Source of the DNA: an uncultured virus (IMG/VR IMGVR_UViG_3300049448_000779)
Lineage: Duplodnaviria; Heunggongvirae; Uroviricota; Caudoviricetes
IMG/VR virus record: IMGVR_UViG_3300049448_000779
Reading direction: 5' to 3' (one strand)
Length of the DNA stretch: 64,000 nt
The position numbers and the translations under genes were made by a program. Shown piece by piece: positions 45,485 to 56,055 of the stretch. The notes below the pieces were generated by a model, which saw nothing but the letters and a program-made list of their open reading frames with translations, was not told the DNA's origin and ran no database searches. The first letter of the stretch is position 1; every line of letters starts with the position of its first letter.

Positions 45485-46174
45485 ATGTTCGGATCGTGGA
45501 GCCAAGCTGGCTTCCCAAGGAATTCCCTCGCGCGGACGGGTGCACGCCGGAGAATCCGTGCGGCAAGGTTCGACGCTGTGTGTCGTGCGTTGAGTTGGGG
45601 GGTACCGTTGCCGATAGATCTGACGGGACTCGATGAGGCGCTGGCCTCCAAAGGCTACGACCTGCAATCGTTGTGCTTGGCACACCCATTCGCGGTGTTC
45701 GGGTCGCGCGGTGCAGGCTGTCATCGGGCCAATTCGGATTGGGATGTGGTCGCCCTCACAGCGCCGCAGCTCGCGCTTCGCGGCGGTGGCCTCGACTATC
45801 TGCAGGAGGACCCGCCAAACGATCCGCGTTGGTACTCGCGAGATCTCGCTTTTCACCTGACTGGCTACGCCGTGTGGCTCAGCGGCGGACCTAACTGGGA
45901 CCCAGCCCTCCTGGATTGGGATCGCGCCGTCGCCCGTAAGACCAAGAAGATCCGTGAGACCGCATCTATTATTGGCCGGGGATTGCTGTCGCCCGGGAGG
46001 GAAGCCAAATGGGTAACTCATGTGCGCGAGGAGCTGGGGCGCATGATCCAGCTGAGAGACCGCATACCGATCAGTCCAACGGCCTTACTCCCTTCAGTCA
46101 CTGTGGAGGACTTCCGGCAGCTTCAGGTCGACGCTGACTTTCTGAGGCTCATCGCAACGCCACATAGCTCCTGA
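45485..46174 (+). CDS. Pol-beta-superfamily nucleotidyltransferase-domain protein (start uncertain)
   Basis: VFGSRGAG...SDWDVV. Confidence 0.7.
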   Translation: MFGSWSQAGFPRNSLARTGARRRIRAARFDAVCRALSWGVPLPIDLTGLDEALASKGYDLQSLCLAHPFAVFGSRGAGCHRANSDWDVVALTAPQLALRGGGLDYLQEDPPNDPRWYSRDLAFHLTGYAVWLSGGPNWDPALLDWDRAVARKTKKIRETASIIGRGLLSPGREAKWVTHVREELGRMIQLRDRIPISPTALLPSVTVEDFRQLQVDADFLRLIATPHSS

Positions 46175-46310
46175 TGCTGTGGCCAGGTCTTGGCAGATCT
46201 CCCAATCCCCGCCTCGTGCCATGCACTGCTCCATGAACTTGAGATCAGGGCACTTCGGTTCTTCGCAGGCGTAGAGAAGAATTGTCATCCATAAAAGCCT
46301 CACGGACGCA

Positions 46311-46327
46311 TCTACACCCGGTGTAGA
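46311..46327. promoter_or_regulatory. Palindromic back-to-back pair of class I GGTGTAG motifs serving divergent genes
   Basis: TCTACACC-C-GGTGTAGA; GTG starts 8 nt away on both sides (46303 minus, 46335 plus). Confidence 0.75.
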
Positions 46328-46846
46328 TATCGCGGTGGACTTCAAGGATGTGGCAGAACGTCGGGCTTGGCTGCTGGCGCGCGTTGAAGAGGTAGAGCGG
46401 CGCCGCAACGCCAGCTCTAAGCTTCGACAGATCCTGCAGAACAGCAATCGCGCGAAGGTTCGAGCCTACGTGCAGTCGAGTCCCGGCGCGACCGTGCAGC
46501 AGATTGCATCTGCACTCGATCTGACGCCGGCACAGGTATGGGGTACCGACCTGCAGCATGATCCTGGTTTCTACCAGACCGGCGGGGTGCCGCCGCGCCG
46601 TGGTCACCCGGTGCGCTGGTGGCCTATCTCTCATCCGGGACCGGGTGTCGAAGTCCAGCCTGAGAGCCCCTAGGGTTTATCCTGGTGTAGCTGGACCTTC
46701 ATGCGAAACTTTGAAGCATTCGATGTGCTGGTGTTTTTGTTCCTCATGCTGTGGGTTGCCACGTGCTCGTTCAATCGATGCCAAGTGCGCGATTGCATGA
46801 TCAAGTGCCAGCGCCAGATCTCCGAGTGCGAGAAGGTCTGCAATCC

Positions 46847-47575
46847 TTAGAGCCCCATGAAACCGTGGACGAGGACGCCCCGGCCATTCTTGCCGTCGTT
46901 CTCGGTCCAGTACATCAACCCGACCAGGGCGCCGTCGTCATCAAAGATCGGGCCTCCGCTATCCCCGTGGCAGACGCACCCAGCCAAGAACAACACGCGA
47001 TTGAGTTGGTGGAGAGCGATCGCCGGTCGCTGTAGAGGCAGGGTCTCCGGCCCTTGAATGCACCCGTACCCTTCTAGAGTCAACGCCATTGAGGCTTTAG
47101 TGGCAATCTCGGCTGGCTTGATCTCTAGTGGCTCGGCCACCTGGAGCAGCGCGATGTCTTGCTGAGGGTCTGGACTACGGAGCGTGACCTCAAAGCTCCG
47201 TCCATCGATTGTCGACACCGAGTCCCCAACTAGAGTTCCACCATTCTGCTCGATGCAGTGCTTGGCCGTCAGCACCGATCGAGGCCCGACGACAACCCCA
47301 GAACAGCCCAAGCTGTGTTCTTCGGTCTCTACCGGCGTTGTGATCGTAAACCGGTGCGTGATCCGCACAACCTGTGGATTGACGCTGTACAGGAAGGGTC
47401 GACAGTATTGGGACTCGTCGAAAACGAAGTCGTTCAGGTTTTCCTCGGCTACCCCTGGCAACCTCTCTACTGGCGTCCGGAACTGGAGCGTGCCAGGCCT
47501 CTTCAGCGGGGCAGGCACAAGGCCAAAAGCGGCGCAGGCGAGACCTGTAGCAAGCAGCCTGACGACACTGGGCAC
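46847..47575 (-). CDS. Secreted trypsin-like (S1) serine protease
   Basis: VLTAKHC, DIALL and GDSGGP triad motifs; signal-like N-terminus. Confidence 0.9.
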   Translation of the reverse strand: MPSVVRLLATGLACAAFGLVPAPLKRPGTLQFRTPVERLPGVAEENLNDFVFDESQYCRPFLYSVNPQVVRITHRFTITTPVETEEHSLGCSGVVVGPRSVLTAKHCIEQNGGTLVGDSVSTIDGRSFEVTLRSPDPQQDIALLQVAEPLEIKPAEIATKASMALTLEGYGCIQGPETLPLQRPAIALHQLNRVLFLAGCVCHGDSGGPIFDDDGALVGLMYWTENDGKNGRGVLVHGFMGL

Positions 47576-48185
47576 TCATTAGCGAATACACCAACAGTTT
47601 AGTCATAGCCGCCGCTGAACCAGGCGCTCACTAACGATGCTTGCTCATCGCATTTCACCCAGCCAGACCACTGATCTAACTTAAGGCAGTCGAAGGCTGC
47701 TTGCACCTTCTCCTTGCGCTCTGACCAGCCGGTCCGGCTGAGATTCTTTTTAGTGCTGCAGATGAATGGATCCGGGTCTTCCCACAGCCCGAGCCTCTGG
47801 CCGGCCACGAACGTGACACGAGCGGTGTCAATCTCCAGTTGATCGGCGGCCTCCGGAGAAATCAGTTCGAACCGTTCCGCGATCATGTTGACGAGGGGTA
47901 CCCTGTACGATCGTCTGAGTTTTGAGAATTCCCGTGGGCTATGGCCTAGCGTCACGAGATGAGCTGCTTCGTGAAGACAGTACTCGATTAGGTTCAATGG
48001 ACGATACGAGTATGCCCCTATCATGCCGAGGCCTTCTAACTTCTTGAGCGAGACTCCGAATTGTCGAGACCGGCGCTTTGCGATCCTGAACTCGTGCTGT
48101 AGGGCCTGCTTGACCATGCCTGGTGTATACTTGAGTCCCCAGCGCGCTTCAATCGGGGTAATCCTTCTTTCGTCTTGAGTAGAGT

Positions 48186-48752
48186 ATGGAGACCTACCGG
48201 GACGTGCACGGCTTCTTTCGCGAGCGGCTATTGCAGGCCCTAGCTGACCTCGACATGCACGCAACTGAGCCTACCGAGTACTACCTCGTGAATCTGCTGT
48301 CCTCCTTTGCAACCGCGGACCGCATTCAAGAGCTACACACTCCGTTTGCCGACTCGCTGACTCAGGCGTACTCAACGCGGGGCATTGAGCGCGCCGCCCG
48401 CCTGCGTGGGATCGGAGATTCGGCGTTGTTCCTATCCGGATTCTTGGCCGACTCGATGGACCGTCGCGGCGTTACCCATACATACTGTCTCGCGATCGGC
48501 CAGCGCGCTTATGGCGAGGCTGGGCAACAGTTCTTTGACGCAGGTCCCGGCTCGGACGTGCTGCTCGACCTGGCGCGGCGCTTCACCGCGTTTGTGCGAG
48601 TCCTTGATGAAGTCCGCGAGCAGACGACCCACCGCACCGATGGTGAGCTGCTAGGGCTATATGAGCGCTGGATGATGAGCGGCAGCACGGAACTACTTCG
48701 TCGTCTCAGCCGTCATGGAGTCATCGCGCTGCGCAGTGACATTGACGCCTGA
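48186..48752 (+). CDS. Conserved bacterial hypothetical protein, host-like
   Basis: TEYYLVNLL...LRGIGDSALFLSGF...IGQRAY...LYERW family pattern, recalled from Myxococcota. Confidence 0.65.
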   Translation: METYRDVHGFFRERLLQALADLDMHATEPTEYYLVNLLSSFATADRIQELHTPFADSLTQAYSTRGIERAARLRGIGDSALFLSGFLADSMDRRGVTHTYCLAIGQRAYGEAGQQFFDAGPGSDVLLDLARRFTAFVRVLDEVREQTTHRTDGELLGLYERWMMSGSTELLRRLSRHGVIALRSDIDA

Positions 48753-50059
48753 TTTCACTTGCAGGCGCGCTCAAACTCGAGCGGGGCCAAGAATGCGCGG
48801 TGTTGCGCCGGCTTGAACTTGTGATCAGGGAAGATAGCAACCAGATGATTTGCGACCGGAATATCGCGTAACAGCCCGCTCTGGGTGCACCCCCAGCTGA
48901 ACAGCGCCTTCGACAGGACTAACCGAGGCACTCCCGAGTTGTTGCCTACCTGAGTTCCTCTCGAGTTGTTGTTTCGCACTTTGCGCCATAGTTCAGCGCA
49001 GTTCTTGCTCGGAAACACATAGTGCGGGAAACCTGGGGCAAGGTCTCGCCACACTATCCACCCGCGATTAAGGCATTCGTAGGCAGGTTTCGTCTCGCAG
49101 AACTCGCATACACTCGAAAAAAAAAGCGGCACGAGCGCATTTCCGCAGGTGGCGCACTTGGTCGTTTGGTCCCGGTGCATAGGTTCCTTCCGCGCTGTAG
49201 ATAGGCTAGGAAAAATGGGGAGGAGAGACGCCGCATTTGCAGTCTTCCCGGCGCTGGGGGGGAAGCGCCAAACGTTGACCGACGGCGGCGTCTCTCCTCG
49301 AAGTTGGGACCGACTCACCCAACTCGATGACCCAAGACCTTAGTAACTGAAAACTAGAGCGCTAGCAACGAAGCTCTTCGGAAAATCAGTCATAGTGCTG
49401 AATTTTATTCAGAGTCATAAGATCGGGTCTGAGACCATCCTCTATAGTAGGGATTACCCAGCACACCCACCACTCTTGACACCTACTTGGGCCTTGTCCA
49501 ATTGACCGGTTACCCTTCCCTAAACACTAACTCTTCATCGTCAGCCATTGGAGCTACCCACTCGTCGTCAGGCTTCAAAGCCTGATTCGGCATCTCCTGC
49601 GTGACGTCATTCGGGTCCATATGCTCATCTCGGCACGGGCGACACAGCCCCTCCGAAACGATAGGCTTGAAGCATTCTTTACACTGCGGCATCTCACCTC
49701 CTACACCCGTCGTGGACGGCTCGGCCTTGGATAAGGCCGAAGCATTCGATGGCACCAGGGGCAACTGGGCCGCATGGTTCGCGTGCTGGCCATCATGTCC
49801 AGCGGGATCCACGTCAGGAAGTCGGTTTCATTGAGCTGCGCACAATCGCTAGCCTTTCTGCGGACCTTCTCGCACGCCCTTGTGCACGTGTACGGCCACA
49901 AGCCAAACTCGCCCTCCAGATAGTGCCGCATGCACATCCAGCGTTGCTCAACCTTCTTCTTGGGTGGCCTCTTACCCTTCGGGGACCACTGGAGACGATA
50001 GACCGTGCCTTTCTTAACGCCTGGGTCTCCGCAGCGGCACTTCTCGGTCGTCTTCACAG

Positions 50060-50386
50060 TCATCCTTCCTTCAGGTGCTGCCAAATCGTGCGCTGCTCCT
50101 GACGCGTTATCACGATGCTTCCCGCAGCGACCTCGACTTGAGTGCCTACGTCGATATCGTGCGCCTCCGGTAGCTCGATCCTGATCATCTTGCCGCCACC
50201 CGTCATCATTTCCGTGAGCCCGATGGCGGTCACTTTCCCCCAGCGGCACCTTGACCATGGGAACATGATCGAAGTCATGTTCACGCAGCTCCCATCATTA
50301 GGCTCGAGTTCGATCGCACAGCGCTTGTACTCCCATGCCTTCGGTTCCTCGCCGTTCTCTAGTAATAGAGCCAGGTAAAATCCCAT
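50060..50386 (-). CDS. Small phage tail-protein-like beta protein (diverged)
   Basis: YLAL...Y.R....N...I.FP....WG.VT..GL....TGG pattern seen in small phage tail proteins. Confidence 0.5.
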   Translation of the reverse strand: MGFYLALLLENGEEPKAWEYKRCAIELEPNDGSCVNMTSIMFPWSRCRWGKVTAIGLTEMMTGGGKMIRIELPEAHDIDVGTQVEVAAGSIVITRQEQRTIWQHLKEG

Positions 50387-52649
50387 GACGACTCTACTTA
50401 CACCGTCGCTACGAAACACTGATTAGAACTAGCGTTGTAGTCCTAGGCGTGGAAGTTAGAGTCGGCGCAACTGGGAGTGTGCGCCGCCGTCGATTGCACT
50501 TGAGGGAAGCGTGGACCTTACTTTGGCTGGCCGAACGAGTTGGACTGATCTGGACGTTATGTTTAAGACCACCTACAGGAAGTGGCCATCAGCGGTCATT
50601 GAGAGCGCGAATGGGCTATCCGCTCAACGCTTGCTGCTCGCATGCCATGAGCGGCCAACCTTCGCAGCGCATGTCGCGGGGCTGCAAGAGTTCGTCCTAT
50701 ATGACAGCGACGCCGCTTTCCGGGTTTGGGAGACGTTTGACCCGACTCGAGAGTTCGAGTCGTCAATAATTCTGGTAGACTTCCGCGCGAACGGGACGAC
50801 ACTCACGGTCGACTACGATGGCTCGAGTTCCTACCGGGTCGCGAACGCGATGCTTGCGGCGGTTGGACGGCATCGCGACAATCAAGAAAACAGCGTGAAT
50901 TTCTGGCGACGCCGAGTGTAAATAGGGGGAGAACTATGGGCCGCGCACGGGATATCTTACTGGAGGTAGGACGCTGCATCCAATGGGATCTGATGCGGAT
51001 GTTGGACCTACATGTGAAACCTACTGGGACTCACGTCACCCAGGTTGAAAGCGGCCCGACGGTCCGGTTGCGGAGCACCCGCACCCCTTACCTTCAGGTG
51101 GTTGAATCAGCGGCTGCCGACGAACAGCCCAGCTCGGCAGGAGACAGGATTGGACGCGCAAATAATCAAGAGTAATGAAGTACTTGCAGGTTCTGAGGAG
51201 CTGCGGGAAAGACCGGCGCAGCGCAAGCTGGCTAGGGCACACTACCTGGTCCTCTCGCAGATGGCTGCCAACCCGCAGAACCCTCTACGCAAGCTCCAGG
51301 GTGGGTTCTGGGTCGTCGATCCGGATGTCGACGAATATCAAGCGGGAGAGTGGTATGCGAGCACCAACGCGGTCTCGGTGCTGATCAAACTGGGCTACGT
51401 GCAGCCCATTGCTCAATCTAGTGCCCTCGAGTTGACTCCGGCAGGAATCGAAGCGCTCAAAACCGGGCTCCACACCCCCTAAAGTAGGGCATCGGATTCC
51501 AGCTACCTGATCCGGCCTGCTTGCGGAGTCCAAGGGTATCGGAGCACACTGCCAGGACTCTTGCTGGGCTTCGGCCGGCAGATCGGAAGTAGTCGTACCC
51601 AAGCTATGTGAGCACGACTACTTAGCGTGCCAGAAGGTGCAGTGATGGCCAACGACAATCTGTTGTGGCTCGCGGTGTTGGTTGCCGCCCCCGGACTCCT
51701 AACCCTAACCCCCGAGGTAGTGTGCGAAGCCCTGCGCGCACTGACGCGGCGTGTCCGCCGTCGCTCGCTGGCTCGACTCTATACCAACTTGAGGTGAGAC
51801 CTCGGCTTGGGGGCCAGGTGGGGGCACATTTCACGTGTGATCGTGACCGCTTCGTCGGCATCGAGCCGTTGCCGCAGCCATTCGTAGGTGGCAATCGCGT
51901 TGCGAATCACTTCTCCGGCGGATAGCTGGGTGAACGACTTGAGCGAATCTAGTACGTAGGTCGAGTCGCGGTCGAAGAGCAAATGAATCATCGAGCCGCC
52001 CTGGTGCGTGTCGGGTGCTTTCGAGATGAGCCACGCTTCTATCGTGAGGTCGGCCATGTACATGGCGTGCTCCCGGGCAAGCCCGATCACCAGTTTCCGA
52101 TTGGCCGCCGGGATCGTGTTGGGGGTATACCCGTGCTCGCTCAACCACAGGAGTAGGGATTGAGTGTAAGCACAGTCCCAGAGGTCGTCTTTACTGCTCA
52201 TGTTGGCGGGCTACACCACTAGGGCACTGATAACAACTTGCCGGTGTAGAGGAACCATATGGTATGCCCCTCCTGCAAGCGTTCGATGCTGGATTTGTTC
52301 ACATCTGCCGTGTGCGAGCACTGTGAAAGCGGACCGACGGGTCCCATTTATCGAGGGCACATCTTGTGGCCCGGCGAAGGGAATGATCCACCTCGATACG
52401 TGTGCGTGTTTCAGCATGAGCTAGCTGCCGCGGCCTGGTTGGGGATGCACGGTTCTGCGCTCCATGGGTACCGAGTTCGGGCTGTTGGGTCTTTGGAGCC
52501 CTACCTCTGGACGCTCTTCAAGCATCCTACGCTCGGATCAATCTACTACGCCCACGGCGGGCACGAAGTCTTCCTTGATCACCGATACGAATCCAAGCCC
52601 CTCCGGGTCTTCTTGCTGCCGTGATGGAGCGCTGGTGTAGCTGAGAGCG

Positions 52650-53579
52650 ATGGCGTGCTTAGCTAGCTCGACCGGGGAAAATCGTTTCAGTCCAGCTGAC
52701 GTCTCAAGCGCGGACTTCGGTCAAGCGCTCGAGCAAGACGGCTACGTGATCATCGAGGACGTGCTGAGCGCTGACGAGCTGCTCGAGCTGAACGCACAGA
52801 TCTCCGGCCAGCTCGCGAGCACCATGCCTGACTACGGCAATGCCTTCATGGGAGAGAAAACCAAGCGATTCGGCCGTCTGCTCTATCGCATCCCAGCAAG
52901 TCGCGAGATCGTCCGGCACCCATTCGTGCTGAGCGTGCTGAACTCAACCCTTCGGCTGTTCAGCCCGACATACCAGGTACACTTCACCTCCGTGATGCAT
53001 GTGATGGAAGGCGAAAAGGCCCAGGTCCTGCATCGAGACATCTCGCCCTTCCCCAACCAAGGTCCGACTGTGGTCATCGCGACCATGTGGGCAGCCAGCG
53101 CCTTCACGCGCGACAACGGCGCGACCGTGCTTGTCCCGGGCAGCCATTTGTGGCCCGACGCTCGTTTCCCCACTAAAGAAGAGCTGCGCGTCGCAGAGAT
53201 GCGCGCTGGCTCGCTGCTGATCTACCGAGGCAACCTCATCCACGGCGCTGGCGCCTGTAAACGCGGGTCTCGCACCGGCGTGGCTCTCCAGTACTGCGTC
53301 GGGTGGATGCGTCAAGAAGAGAATCAGTACCTTGCGGTTCCGCTGGAAGTAGCCCGCACACTGCCCGAGGATCTTCAACGGATCATGGGTTACGACCTGG
53401 CAGCACGTCACTGGGGTTATGTTGACCAGCTGCACCCCCTGAACTTCCTACACGAGACTGATCGCTATGGCGGGCTGGACCCAGACGGGTACCAATTCCC
53501 AGGGCAAGTGGTGGCGCTGCGGGCCGTTCCCGATGGGATCCACATTGATCATCGTTACCCAATCACACTCGACGATTAA
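52650..53579 (+). CDS. PhyH-family 2OG-Fe(II) dioxygenase
   Basis: LEQDGYVIIEDVL, QVLHRD, FTRDNGATVLVPGSH, HGAG and GWMRQEENQYL. Confidence 0.9.
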   Translation: MACLASSTGENRFSPADVSSADFGQALEQDGYVIIEDVLSADELLELNAQISGQLASTMPDYGNAFMGEKTKRFGRLLYRIPASREIVRHPFVLSVLNSTLRLFSPTYQVHFTSVMHVMEGEKAQVLHRDISPFPNQGPTVVIATMWAASAFTRDNGATVLVPGSHLWPDARFPTKEELRVAEMRAGSLLIYRGNLIHGAGACKRGSRTGVALQYCVGWMRQEENQYLAVPLEVARTLPEDLQRIMGYDLAARHWGYVDQLHPLNFLHETDRYGGLDPDGYQFPGQVVALRAVPDGIHIDHRYPITLDD

Positions 53580-55411
53580 CGGTGTAGTTAAGAGGCATGC
53601 GTTGGACCGAAAGCCAAACTTGGCGAACCGAGGGCTTCGTGATCAAAAAGGTCAAGGAGACTCAGTTCGAGGTGGAGGTGCATTTGCGACGCAGTGAGTG
53701 GCTTTGGCTGGGCAACTTTCTAACGCTCAAGGAAGCCAAGCGCGCATGCCGCCGTGAGGCCAAGCACATGGAAGCGATCCGCGCCGGGGACCCCATTCAC
53801 AAACTAGGCCGCATGGTGAACAGCATTGCGCTGGCACGCGTACTGGCGTTGGCCTCGGCATCGGCGTCGAGAAAGGCTCTAGTGGGACATGAGTGACATC
53901 GAGATCCAGGAGTGCACAGTGCCAACCAAGTTGACCGATGGGCAAGCAGACGCTCTGCTTGCCAAGCTTAGTGCCCACTACGGCGAGCCGGTCAAGCCCA
54001 TCAGCCAGTACTGTCGAGCCTTCCGCGTCTGGCAGAAGGCGATCGAGGATGCGTGTCTACAGGAGACAAACGAGGGCACTAAGCTGTCGTTCCAAACCAT
54101 GCTGCGTGACATCCAAGAGACCGCCCTACACGTTGCTAAGAGCAACCTGCTTTGGCGCTTGCTTTACCTGGGGGAGGCACTTCGCATCGATCCCTGCCCG
54201 ATCCACAAGGGCCACTGGTCTGGCTGCGTCTGGGATGAGGACGCGTGCCCGCACTGCATGAGTGGGTCGAACGTAACAGGTTGGGTCAAGTGAGTAGGCC
54301 TAGCCAAGTGTGGGAGAAACTCTACTTGAGTTACCGGGAGCCCGGCTCGTTCGTCAACTGCCTAGCGCCCACATGGCTTGCCGGGTTGTGCGCAACGTCG
54401 GCCATGTGGGCACTCTGCGTCCCCATCCCCACAGTGATGGTCTGGATCTTAGGCATGGTCTCGATTAGCTCCGGCACCCTGTGTGTCCAAGCGTTCATTG
54501 GATGCGTCGGACCTGAACCTGAGTGGGTAGCGGTAACAAACATAGGAACTAGAGATGACGGTTAATCGACGACGCAAAGATGGGACCCTACTGATCTTCG
54601 CCGCTGGCACGCTGACCATGCTGGTACTCTTTGGCACCGCCTATGCGGTCGTGCGCATCCTCGCAGACGCCATATTCCGCGTTCCGTTCTGGGGTTGAAT
54701 AAGGCCGCGAGCGGGCGACTCTTGAGTAACGCCAACCAAGAGTCGGTGTAGTAGGCGGGAGGAAGCATTGAGCTTGACTCCCACCTATCTTTGTCTTGGA
54801 CCCAAATTGAGTGCCTTCAGCCGTGACTCATGAAACTGATCGTGGTACGCAGAGGGATCTCGAGGGCGACCACAGTCGTCTGTCTACTTCTAGGCGCTGA
54901 TATCTAGTCAGCACCACTCGGACCCAGCCCCATTCGTAGTGATGGTGGGTGACGCGCTCTACTTGCACGGTCCGGGCATCGTAAAGAATCGCCGCGTCGT
55001 ACGCGGCAACTACCAAGAGCTGGTCACGCTCTTGGCATGCTGGAGGCATATGAGCCACGCTGCATCAGTCCCGGCTGACCCGTCGCAACCGAGGAAGCAC
55101 CAAGTTTGGTCGCACGATGATCTGACCCTCGCGCGCATGCTGACAGGCTCTGTTGTCTGGACACGCGACCTTTATTGGCAACTGGCGGCTCTCGTCGAAC
55201 GCAACAGAGGGCCAGGATCGCCTCTCGGATACGATGGCTACATCGCGATGCGTGAGCTGCTGAGCTGCGTTCGTTTGATGCTCGACGCGCAAGAGGCAGC
55301 CGCCAAGACGTTGGCGTAGCGGACTCTGAGCCGACTACATCATTGAACCTTTAGGACCAAACTCTAACTCCTGTGTAATCTAGACGATCGTCAGCTGAGA
55401 AAGGACACAAG

Positions 55412-56053
55412 ATGCTCTGGAGAATCGATGCAAGCGGACCATTTGCGCTCTGGACGCCGCCATGTTTTCGTGCGGAACGCTACAGTCAACTCGTTGGCTC
55501 CCATGATGCTATGGCGGGCCTTCTGCGCGGGGTGTTAGGTCACCGCGGAATGAACTGGACAATCCATGCAGTCCACATCCTCAGTGAGCCAAGATACTTG
55601 GGTCTCACCCAAAACGAACTGAAGTTTGACGGCGTCGGACCATTCAGTCGACATGAACGACAACATACGCAACGGCGCAATACCTATCTGCTCGATGTCC
55701 GGTACATCATCGAGGCAAGCATCATCCTCTCGAGCCGCGCCGATCCAAGCGATACCATCGAGAAGTTCAATTCGATGTTTGGCGAGCGCCTGCAGAAAGG
55801 GAAGCAGCGACGACAGACCTACTTTGGGATTCGCGAGTGCATGGCATTAGTTGACCCGTGGGGCGGGCCAGTGCCACCCGCTATCAACGTAACGCAAGAG
55901 CTGGGCATCTGCTACTACGGCACGGATTTCGACGATCCGGAGACCCCGCAGTACTTTGCGCCTCTCTCCGTTATGAGCGGGGTCGTCCACTATCCGAGCT
56001 GGGATCATGTTCGCAGCCTTGGGATTGCCCGCCGTACGCGAAGGAGCGCGTAG
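55412..56053 (+). CDS. cas5: Type I-C Cas5 (Cas5c/Cas5d), divergent
   Basis: GPFALWTPP..RAERYS, NE, QR...LLDVRYIIEA and YFGIREC motifs. Confidence 0.9.
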   Translation: MLWRIDASGPFALWTPPCFRAERYSQLVGSHDAMAGLLRGVLGHRGMNWTIHAVHILSEPRYLGLTQNELKFDGVGPFSRHERQHTQRRNTYLLDVRYIIEASIILSSRADPSDTIEKFNSMFGERLQKGKQRRQTYFGIRECMALVDPWGGPVPPAINVTQELGICYYGTDFDDPETPQYFAPLSVMSGVVHYPSWDHVRSLGIARRTRRSA

Positions 56054-56055
56054 CC

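Noticed and set aside
36744..53579. Dioxygenase plus glycosyltransferase as a DNA hypermodification pathway
   Set aside because: Genes are 15 kb apart, the dioxygenase is PhyH-like rather than TET/JBP-like, and the GT looks like a polysaccharide GT4
55412..56053. Catalytically dead Cas5c (KF instead of KH; no YW)
   Set aside because: These positions vary among Cas5c proteins; inactivity cannot be inferred without alignment and assay
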